This document shows, one piece after another, positions 54,001-64,000 of a stretch of 64,000 nt of DNA. Below the pieces are notes generated by a model that was given only the letters and a program-made list of their open reading frames with translations, made no database searches and was not told where the DNA came from. The position numbers and the translations under genes were made by a program. The stretch is from Catajapyx aquilonaris. Taxonomy: Eukaryota. The stretch covers positions 62,001 through 126,000 of the forward strand of contig KZ538080.1 in the NCBI GenBank assembly GCA_000934665.2. Direction: 5' to 3'. Position 1 is the stretch's first letter. Each line of letters opens with the position of its first letter.

Positions 54001-55832
54001 ATATTGTCGCAGCCTGCTTGGCAACGTAGCTTTGTATGGCCCTGCGGCAACCCTGTGCATAGCCATGTGTAATTATTATCTAGTCATTATAATTAGTGTC
54101 CTATTAGAAACCGGCTCATCACTTTTGATGTTGCTCCATGTTTTCAGCAGGTTTTATTTTCATTAATGTTGCTCATTGTTTACTGCTACAAATTAGTTAA
54201 CTTCAAGTGCAACCAATGCAATGCATGGGTAACTGCTGAACTCACTAGGTATCTACACTGTAAGAAAAATTCCAGGCAGAGTCTGAAACCTCATTAAGAT
54301 CCAACTTTGTCCATACTACCTCAACGAAAGAAAATGCAAAGATGATGATTACATGCCCTTTTTTGCCCATCTTTGGGTCACACCGTAAAAACTGATCAGC
54401 TTCAAGAAGGCATTCATCTGCCATCACTGACAATTAAGAAACTCTTTCTGTTCTGTGACCAATTTCTTGCCAGTTCTAATGGCACAGTCTGCAGGGCTAA
54501 TGAGTAGATTAGGAAAACCACAAGTGCATTAATAGTATTAGTGATATTTTGATACTTACACAAAATTTAATTTGAAACATGGCATGGACAGATGAGAAAT
54601 AACAGTGGGAAGGAAGTACTATGTAGGAAAAACAGCTGTGGTGAAATTTTTACCCTTCCAAAGTCAGCATTAGCAGTCACAATAATATACCATTTACAAA
54701 TAGCCATAGTTACTTGTTACAAAACTCCTCACTCAAAACTATATCATAACTATACAGGGTGTTTGTTACTAGTCCAGCCAACGGCTGTCAGCTTATTCCT
54801 TGAAACCAAGAGAAGTCAAAAATGTAGGGGGGAGAAATGTCTAGAAAGCAACTGTTAACATTATGGTTTTTGTTGTTTCATTAAAGTTTTCCTTGCTCCT
54901 AGGATTATCCGACCTTTTCATGTTCTGACCATTCCCCAGTCCTGTGGGCGAGGGACAATTGGGGTTTTACTGTAATCCTTCCCCTGACAATGGGCTATCG
55001 GCCTTGTGAAATAAGACACAGTGTGTATAACTCTGCAATGGTCTACTCTGGTGCTTGTGGCTGTGTAGTCTTAGCCAATCTCAAGCCACGTTTATATCTT
55101 ACTTGTTAGTGTTAGTGTGACGCCATGGCCAGAAATTCGTCATATTAATTTCATTTTATAAAGGCCTAGCTCAGGCCTAGCGAATACAGCTGAATCTGGA
55201 TATAACAGACTTCAAGGGACCCTGGAAATCAATCTGTTATAGCCGAATACACAGGCCATATATGAAAGTATGGTGGGACCTGCCTTTTGAGGCTGTTGCA
55301 TCTGGATTCAACTGTACATGAGATTGTTTTTTCAATGGTTTTAAGAGCAAGTGACCTATGAGTTGAGGTGGTGGTCTGGACCCAAACCCACCGCATTAAC
55401 TTGGTATTTCCACACATGCTTGGGGCATTTGTGCACCATTATTTCGGCCACCTCCCACCCAACACCTCTGATGCTGGGATTTACCCTGTCAGGCAGCGCT
55501 CCCTCCACCACCACCTTGGCTGCAGCCTTCCCATTGACAGCCTCCTCTTCCTCATCCGGCATCTCCTCCTCCACCCCGCTGATCTCCCCTTCCTCCGTGT
55601 CCTCCTCCTCCTGCCCTGGGACCTTCCTGGGGGAAGCCCCAACAACCACAGGAGGTGCAGGAGACGCCCTCCTCTCAGGCCCAGTCTGCCCTTCACTCCC
55701 AGCAGCCTCCAACAGGACAGAAGCCCCACCGCCGTCCTCCTCCTCCTCCTCCGTGTCCATGGCCTCGTTCAGGTCATTCTCTATCTCTATGGTCAGGTTG
55801 GGAAGGGCAGATGAAGCGGACACAGCAGACAT
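51019..55832 (-). CDS. NCBP3: Nuclear cap-binding protein subunit 3, about 600 aa, at least 5 exons
   Basis: Exons 55485-55832, 53144-53307, 52922-53085, 51914-52533 and 51019-51531 splice in phase. Motifs LPNLTIEI, YENKDGGFVTG, REERAKRFG, AIHVRGTQEMSTEDVFAYFKNYGPTSIEWINDCSCNVVW, YYKKHGNPNYGGIKGIIS and RMRMHADDE. The splice sites of the last intron are weak. Confidence 0.9.
51385..51516 (-). repeat. Coding CAG-rich repeat in NCBP3, (Q)nERGR units
   Basis: Translation reads QQQERGRQQQQQQEERGRQQQQQHERGRQQQQQQERGRQQQR. Confidence 0.85.
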
Positions 55833-56129
55833 CCTTCAATCTTCCGGAGAGAGACCACCACAACGACGCAAAGCTTGTGCTGCAGAGGCCCACACAGAGT
55901 CACAGACCAAACACAGCGTCGCAGCTACCGCACGAACTGGCTATAGCCACTAAGGTCCAACTGCTTTGAAAATATGAACCAAGGAGTAGCTGATAAGCGA
56001 CAACAGCTGTTATTTTTGGCAGCACCTGTCCTGTAACGGCTACTAACACTCCTTTGTTGGAATGCGTCAACAATGCCAAATAATTGGTTTACAATTATTT
56101 GGAGTGAGGAGGAACTTTGAAGTGGAGCC
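55833..56129. promoter_or_regulatory. Putative bidirectional promoter NCBP3/SMPD4
   Basis: About 297 bp between divergent predicted start codons. YY1-like AAGATGGCG at about 56231, just inside SMPD4 intron 1. Confidence 0.55.
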
Positions 56130-59100
56130 ATGTCGTTCTGCAGGAATATTATGGGATTAAGGCGTCATCGGAGCGTGTTCGATGGAAGGACCTCCGGATG
56201 CCAGATGGTGCTGCAGTCGCCTCAGGTAAAAAGATGGCGCCGACCTGTGCGTAACGGATTTCAGGCGCGGTTTACACCACCTCGAGTCGGACGGTTTTTA
56301 TTCCATCGAGAGATTATTATTATTTTTGCATTAGAGAGCGAGAAGGGTCCAGGATGTTGCGGACTGTCACAGAGATGGAAGTCTCGCCTATGGTGAGTGG
56401 ACGAGCTGACTGCACGAAAAGTGTAAAATGCGTACTGTATTAACAATTTTTCAGTGAATCCGACAATAGTAAATAATAATAATTGGGATTAATGACAATG
56501 TTCAAAATATGTACAGACATTCGTCACTGTCATGCCAAATTATTATAAGAGCTTGAATCCATTCTGTACGCTCATAGTATATTCAAGTGCTTTCCTTCAG
56601 GTTCAGTTCCATAGTGCCCTGAATGACAACCTGTATATGCGCTGCAAGATTGTGTCACAGCTAGCAGAGACATGCAGCAATAAGGACCTGCAGAGCATTT
56701 ATTCCGTTCTGGTGGAGAACATCTTTGGCTTGAATGGCCAAACTACATGGGGACTTAAAACCATATCCAGGAAGCAGCAACCAAGTGAATTTAACCTTCT
56801 GATATACTTCTTGGGACCTGATGGGCCGGTGTTCAAGATGATCTACCGACTCATGGCTGACAACTACCTGCGATATGATTTTTCCATTTCCTGCCTCCCT
56901 GTAAGTATGGAGTACTTTAAAGCCCGAGTCTGCAAGTAAAATTTATACTCTTGTATATTTCCAGAGCAACACTCGCAACCTCTTCAATGAAGGGGTGGTG
57001 CCACAGTTTTATTCCAACAAGGTTCAGATTCATCCCCACACCCGCACTATTGTTGGAATATCACTCAGTATCCTTTTAATTACTTGTTACACTGCATCAT
57101 GGCCACATTTTTAACAAATTCTTTCTGATTGTTAACTTAACTTTTGTCAGATGCATTTGAGTTTTACTTTTTCCACTTTGCTTACTTCATTCTGAACCCG
57201 ATGCAGCACCGAACAACGCAGATGGGAGCAATAGGGGAGTCCTTGTACTCTTCCTTGATGGAAAGTTACGCCAACTATTTCCTCCCACTGAAGGGGCAAG
57301 TGGTTCCACACCTTCCGTATCATGTTCACCTGAATTCCCCGTCACCACTGTACAGTACATCTCCAGATATTGGAAGGTATGTATTTGCTCTATTGGACAT
57401 TTTCTGGCATTTTAAAGAGCTGCATAATGTGTCTGGAAAAGTGTGCGTAACGGGACACTCCGTCACAGTCCAATTGCTGTGTGTTTACTACACTTTGTGA
57501 CCCTTGTTTGACTTGCTTACAAACCTTATTGGTCTTTTTTCCCCCCCTGCCAGCTTGAACAGTTACTACACCTCTCCTACTGCACTCAAGACAGCCAAGT
57601 CTCCTGGCCTGCTTCGTCCAACAACTTTGATGAAGCAGAACTCCAGCTCTACTTCTCTTCATTCCCCACTGCCTCCACAGAGCCACCAGATAGAGACTTG
57701 GCGGAGTGAAACAGTTGCCCATACCTTGATTGAATTCTGGCTCAACCATGGGATCTCCCCGGCTGATGCCAGGAAGCATCCACCCCATCACATACAGCCA
57801 ACTCTGGGCGGTTTCAGCCCCCCACAAGACACCTTCCTTCCAAGCTACGATCATGTGCGGATGGTGCGGGTTCTGATTAAGCGCTTCCACTACTTCATCA
57901 ACAGCCCTGACACTCTCTCTCCACTGGATGAGGTCAAGAGAGCACTGGTGCCTCCATTTCAGCGAAGGGCATACCGTTTCTTCTGCCACACATTTGACCA
58001 TTGGCCACTTGATGCATCTTTTCGACTTATACTTGAAGCATGGCTCAGCTACATTCAACCCTGGAGATATGTGGACCCAGCAATAAAGTGAGTCTTCATT
58101 TTAGTTAACTGAAAGAACAAAACAGGTTTTCATGTGGCCTGGAGCATCACATCCTACGTTAATTATGCAAGAATCGTTGCAATTACATAAATTCTATCCA
58201 TTTAAATATGTAATGCGCTTATAAAACCTGTCTTTGTTTCAGGGATGTAAATGATCACCGGGAGAAGTGTGTGGACAACAAGTGGCAAACCTTTATCCTG
58301 AACAACCTCTTGTTTTACACAGCCATTTTCAACCGTCTCCTGCCACACTTCTTTCGTGTTGACCTCACCACCTGCAAAAATGCTTTCATGCTTTTTCGCA
58401 TATCCAAGATATTTTATTTGTCAAATTTGACCACCCTCATCCGAAATGCTGAGGATTTCTTAGTAGATCCTCGTGCGCCTCACCTCTCTGGACTGAGCCC
58501 AGGGGGAAGCAATTTGTCAGGTGGAGGAAGCTACCTATCAGATGGTGGGCCAATGGCCAAGAGTGCTGCTGCACTTCGACAACAAATGGCTGACCTTGAG
58601 TGCCCTGGGTTTGCGTACCAGTCCATGTTCTCACCTGAGACTCGTACAGTTGTCAGTCAACTAATTGGCCATGCAATGCAGGCAAAAGCAACCTTACAGG
58701 CTCAAAAAGCTGAGACTGCCAGCCGTGGTAATGATTCTTCAATGTGGGGTGCCCTGGCAGGTCTGTTCTCACCACAACCCTCTAACCCTGAGGGTGAGGA
58801 CTACATAGCTGAAGATTGCCATGCAACTTGCGAGTACTTGGAGCAATCTATGATTTACTTGCGTGTCATATATGGTGATGCCCCCCAGTTGGAACTTCCA
58901 GGCGACTTGAGTGTGAGGCCAGTGACACCACTATCGCACTCCCAGCAATTGGAGCAACCAGAACAGATGATGACTGCTGAAGGTCCTGTGCTGACTCCTC
59001 GGGGTCGGTGGCAGCTGATAAATCGGCAGTGCAGGACAAACCCAGTGTATCAAGGGAATCCAGACCTGACTCTCATTAGGAGTGACGAGAGTGCTGTTGT

Positions 59101-59738
59101 CGTGCGCATGCTGCATCATCTGTGCTCCACTCTAAACAGCAAGGTGTGCATGTAATCTAATGTTATTGCAGCTGCTAGTCATCTAAGTCTTGATACTTCC
59201 AGCTGCCATTGGCTGCAAGGTCAAATCAATATGGTTTTCTATGCATTATTTTGAATTTTCAAAAATGAAAAGTCCCAAAGTGAGTTAAGTGAATAAAAAG
59301 ACAGTACACTTCTTACCTACTTTTCATGGATGTGGGTAAGACTGCAGTTTAATTTGTGGACATTCTGCTCTTGACAGTCTCACACCAGTAACACATACCT
59401 TGTTGTATTTCCAGTATGGGACCGAGATGCAAGATTTGTACCTGCAGCGCAACTTGCGTGGACAGATGGCACGGCAGATATTGGAGCCACCAACAATCTA
59501 CTATGAGCAGAAGGAGGCAGGTCGTCAGCAGGTGGTGCTGCCACCCAGACTGTGCCTCCGTCCACTGGCCCGCTATTGCAACCTGGCCTACCTGGCTGTC
59601 TATTACGTACTTGCATATGCAATTCTGAATAAGGGGATATTCCCAACCACACTGGTCCTGCTCTTTTTTGCATTTGGAATTGTCGTATTCAAGGCGCTGC
59701 TGGAGCCATGGTTTGGACACCCACCACCTTCCAGTTAG
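56130..59738 (+). CDS. SMPD4: Sphingomyelin phosphodiesterase 4 (neutral SMase 3), about 827 aa, 7 exons
   Basis: Exons 56130-56225, 56601-56900, 56965-57067, 57151-57376, 57554-58087, 58243-59143 and 59415-59738 splice in phase. Motifs LVENIFG, FLGPDGPVFK, LNAFEFYFFHFA, ETWRSET, HWPLDASFRLILEAWLSYIQPWRY, NNLLFYT and YQGNPDL, plus a C-terminal transmembrane segment. The start codon is uncertain (56130 or 56205). Confidence 0.93.
57068..57150 (+). other. U12-type (minor spliceosome) GT-AG intron in SMPD4
   Basis: 5' splice site GTATCCTTTT, branch-like CTTAAC at 57136-57141 just before the terminal CAG. Splicing restores SLN-AFEFYFF in frame. Confidence 0.88.
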
Positions 59739-60082
59739 TTTGGTTATATTTTTATACATTTGTATTCATTCTATCATATTGTGATTAAATCTTGTACAGT
59801 TTGATTGCAATAACATGAGTTGTTGAAGTTTGCCACTATGAAGCTGCTTTAGATTTTTAAATTCTGCATTACGTTACCAATCTGTGTGTATGGCAAGGTT
59901 GAATAGCCTGGTTTACTCGGATGATGTAAATTAGAATCAGGCTGTTTGGGAAATATAGAGGGGAAACACACACACAACCTAGAATCTCACATGTAAGTGC
60001 AATGCAGGATTTCTGGATTTACCGTTGATCACATAAGTAATTGGTCAAAAGCAAGTAAAACAACATGCACTTGGTATTCCAC

Positions 60083-61160
60083 CTAATTTATATCAACATC
60101 ATCATCCATATCTTCACTACTCATTTCCTCAGCAATTCCAGAGAGGTGGGAATCATCATCTGTCAGCTTCCTTTGATCCCCAATTTCCTCATTCTCATCG
60201 GGTGTCCCTTCATTCACCTTATGCATCAGTCGCCTTTCTTGGTGCTTCTGCTTGCCGGAGTGCTGGCTGAAGCTCTTACGGACACGATGGGGGTCAAAGT
60301 AGATGTCTTCCAACACCGTGGGAAGTTGTGGGAAGTCAATTACAGACTCGTGGCCAGATCCTGTCTCAGGGTAATGCTCATTAGCACCTCCACGAAGGCT
60401 CTTCAGACTTTGAGCTGACTTGGGACTTCTGGAAGAACCTGGGGAACTAATTGGTCCAGGAGAAGACCAAAAGATGAGTTGGAACACCCACAGAGTGTTT
60501 TAAGACCTTAGATGTAACGTACGTTAGCTAATGTGGATTAAGGGCAATGGAAGTAGAACTTTGCCTCCAGAAGTTACAGATAACCACGTTACAGTAAATG
60601 TTAATATCAAACTTTCAGGACTTATTGCCACCCTGGAATTGTAGTTAGTACCTGGGTGACCTGGGAACGTCAAACGTTCCATCGCTGTCCTTCTTGCATT
60701 TAGCCTCCAGTTGATTTATCCGGTCAATGGTTGCTGAAAAAGTTCCACCAAACAGGTTTGGGGTCATCTCAGGAAATTCAGCGTCATTGTCCTCCGTCTC
60801 CTCCTCAAGGATGTTGAGCAGCCTCTCCAACTCCTTGCTGATGGAGTGACAAAAGGGTGTGGTGGAAGGCATCTGCACATCTTCCAAGGTGCGAATGCAG
60901 GTTTTGCAGAGCCCTTTGGATAACAGCAAGAGGTACTTCCCCAGGGTACGAAGAGTCCCCACGTTGCGGCTAGCCTTCAAGATCAAGGTTCTTAGTTGTG
61001 CCAGCTGCTTCTCTGCAGTGTGGGCCTCTTCCTTCAACTCCATGGCCAACTCCGCAATATCTGTCGCAGATCTGAGCCCTACCTCTGCTTGCTGGACTGG
61101 GTCAATTCGAGGGCCAGCATGCAAAACACCCGGCTCCATACCCTTAGCTTTTTGAGACAT
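60083..61160 (-). CDS. Uncharacterised protein (at least two exons, ~60652-61160 and ~60083-60428); 5' end uncertain
   Basis: Two long ORFs (171 and 134 aa) with natural-looking composition (coiled-coil-like EKQLAQLRTLI, acidic tail). They can be joined by an AG|gtacta phase-2 donor at 60651 and a ttcttccag|A acceptor at 60428. No family recognised. Confidence 0.6.
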
Positions 61161-61431
61161 ACAGAATTTTGTACAGAAAATTTAAATCCAAAATGCAAAA
61201 TATGGCAAATTGTTGTGAACTATTGCCAAGGTGCTTACAGGTGATTGTTGCAACTTTAACTGTTGTCCTCTCAATTGTCACAGGTAATGAAGCTGATTAT
61301 GACGCATTTCAGTAATTAATCACAGAAGCTGGTATTACTGCATTTTATAGCCACTTGATACCAGTTCGGTAAGGCAATATCGCATAGGTAGGCCTACCCA
61401 AATAATGAGCTGCAATGAAGAGCATTGTTAA

Positions 61432-61722
61432 CCCTGGAACTGTTCCGTGCCTATGAGTATTACGGCAACCGTGCCGTGGGGTCTTTTCGGATCCCACCAC
61501 CACCATATTTTAATTTTTATTAATTATTATAATAATACTTTTCAATGTGTTGACTATATACAATAATTCTTTGAACTATGCCTAAAATGATCGCTAATTC
61601 AAAATAAACATGCACTTCCTGTTATATACTGTAAAAAAAAATGGCAGAAGTTCATTGTAATGATCATTTTAATGCATTTTTTTCCTTGGGGTCCAAAAAG
61701 ACCCCACGGCACGGTTCCAGGG
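61432..61722. mobile_element. piggyBac-like MITE
   Basis: TTAA|CCCTGGAAC ... GTTCCAGGG|TTAA with subterminal inverted repeat AACCGTGCCGTGGGGTCTTTT / AAAAGACCCCACGGCACGGTT and an AT-rich core. Confidence 0.75.
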
Positions 61723-61818
61723 TTAATTTTCTCATCAATTGAAGTCTCATTATTTATTTTTATTATTATTTTTATTATTTTTACAATAAATGAACATGTC
61801 GCTTTATTATTATTTATC

Positions 61819-62050
61819 ACCGAAGCACGTTGGTGTGGAAGATCCTGGGTTCGAATCCCGGGGCCGACGATCCTGACCGTGGTTTTCTGTGGTTTTCCAC
61901 GGTCCCCCAGGATAATTCCGGGATCGCTTCCGTATAATAGGCCACAGCCGCCTCCTTCCTTCTCGATCCTTAGCCCCATCCAATGGTGGTACTCCACCCC
62001 CCTATAATGGCGCGCCGATTCTCCCAATGGGGTATAAATGAAGAAAAATA
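61819..62050 (+). mobile_element. tRNA-derived SINE, copy 3 (internal deletion in head)
   Basis: Same body (GGATAATTCCGGGATCGCTTCCGTATAATAGGCCACAGCCG), B-box GGTTCGAATCC and flanking ATTTATC duplication. Confidence 0.82.
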
Positions 62051-64000
62051 ATTTATCGCTGCCACATAGTGAAAGCTCATGTCAACCACATTTCCCTGTC
62101 CATCATCACGAAACATGCCAAAATTGGGTTAACACCCGTCCAAAATAGACCGCGAGACATCCCAGAAAAAGGCCATCTTGATCCTCCAACATGGCAACCC
62201 CGCAGGTGCAGCCCCGTGTTGTGAAAGCCGGCCATCAAGCAGCATGCGTGTGGTGCACCCCACTCTCTGCCTTTTCCCCTTCCCATGTTTCCTTCTTCTA
62301 CAATCGGGCATCAGTGTGCCGTCAGCCAGCACTCAGGGAGGACCGCACGGTACGTCCCTTTGTTAAAACCAAATCGATGGTTGGTGGTCCTAAAAAGGAC
62401 GGTTGGCCACATCAAAAGGTAAGCATCATCTAACTGTGTGTTTAAATATTTAAATAGTGGTCATACACAAAAAAGCCGTATCTACATGACGGTTAGGGTG
62501 CGTGGACCTTCAGCGGTATTGATCTGTGACGTAGCTGAGCTGGGTCACTACCCCGGGTCAATATCTGCAGAGAGTTTTTTGGGGGGTAGATTTATTGCAT
62601 ATACCCTTTGAAAAATAAGTGTACTAAAACCGGGAGAATAAATCAGATAACCTGGTCTTATCTTTTTTGGTGTAGCGAACCACAACCGTCTTTTTTTCCC
62701 CCTTCAAGAAGCGGTTGCCCATGAAAAAATTCACGTGCCATTGAACATCGCCAATTTTTTGGCCATTGCCTGGGTGTAAGAGAGGCCAACGCTCCTTGTA
62801 AATGAATTCGGGCAATTAAGAAAGAAAAAAAAAAGAGGGCACGCCCGAAAAGGGAGGCATCCTGTTTTGAAGTGGTTACCAAATTTGGGTACACCCGGTG
62901 GCAAGGTTCACAAAATTTTGCACATTTTTTTGCACAATTTTTTAGCAAAACTGCCCACCTGCTCGCCAAATTCGCATTAAATACGCAGGTGGGGAAAAGG
63001 TCACCATTTTTGGCAGTATGATGACCTCACCCTCCCACTAGTTTTCCCCATTTTTCGTGAGTAGCATGCTGGTAATTGGACATTCAATTGGCCTCTAACA
63101 TACTGTTGCCCCCACGCCAATCCGTTACTTCACACTATCTGCAACGGCTGCATTTTTGCATCACCCTGTGTTGCCGCAACAAGGCGGCATTGATCCCCAC
63201 AAAAGAAAACAGCAGCCAAACGATTTTCTAAGTCAAAACACACACACACACACCAAACCCACAAAAAAATGGCTTGGGTCTCAACAGTCTTCTTTCACCA
63301 CATGTATCCATTTTTGTCCTCCCCNCCTGCCTTACTCATCATCTTAGGTCATCCCATGGACCATCACCAAAACACAGGCCCATTCACTAAATTGCAGCGG
63401 AAATGGACCCATATTAGCTATATTTGCCAATATTAGTAACTAACAATATTAGCTTAATAAGCAGGTTAATTTTATATATCTTTGGGGCGGATGTAATGCG
63501 GAGGAAGTGGCCTTGAGATTTTACCAGCTGCTATTTTTTTTATCGCCATATTCAAATAGCCGGCATCTACCGTTACAATGGCTTCGTTCGTTGTTCTCAC
63601 ACCGGTAAAGTTCGTGGTTAATCTTCTGAATCAAGCCTCATTAGTACGTTGCCTATTAACGTGGCTATCTTGATTTTTGCTTAGAAGGAGGCTTCCTGGG
63701 TTAAACTTTTTTTTTAAAGTTCACACATGCAAATGTCCAGTATGTGAACATCCTGGCCTACAATATGTGCCCTTCCCATCCTGGATGAACTAGGGCAGAT
63801 GTCAATTTGTACCAATTGATTCATGTGTAACTCTGGAGAAACAGTGTGTCTGCAGAGTGATCAATACTTAGGATTGACTCATTGTTATTGGCACCTGACT
63901 TGATCTGGGGTTGGGCCAGCAGGGTTTCCGGCCATTATTTTTACAGTTGAAAGTCTGGTTGCTAGGGTAAACACTGCAGACTAGGAATCACTTAGAATTT

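Noticed and set aside
55351..55953. 200-aa plus-strand ORF
   Set aside because: It is antisense to the acidic NCBP3 exon 1, and its Ser/Pro bias mirrors Glu codons.
57390..58058. 222-aa minus-strand ORF
   Set aside because: It is antisense to SMPD4 exon 5 and has no recognisable motifs.

Overview
This is eukaryotic DNA, most likely from an invertebrate and probably an arthropod, taken from a draft assembly with short N gaps next to poly-C/G runs. The first ~44 kb is the 5' part of one minus-strand TMEM132-family gene. Four coding exons splice in phase: 43776-43824, 26537-26860, 23988-24675 and 2269-2415. They are separated by introns of about 16.9, 1.9 and 21.6 kb that carry many MITEs, palindromes, a tRNA-derived SINE and decayed TE fragments. 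The gene continues beyond position 1. The region 45.7-61.2 kb is a compact housekeeping cluster with two head-to-head pairs, MRM3(-)/GLOD4(+) and NCBP3(-)/SMPD4(+), followed by an unrecognised minus-strand two-exon ORF. The most notable items are an 83-nt U12-type (minor spliceosome) intron in SMPD4, the MRM3-GLOD4 divergent pair that vertebrates also have, an orphan gene, a 187-bp near-perfect inverted repeat with unusual architecture, and a SINE family with a tRNA-like head. All gene models come from manual splice and phase reading plus recalled protein motifs; no database searches were run. I see no evidence for a wholly new multi-gene system.
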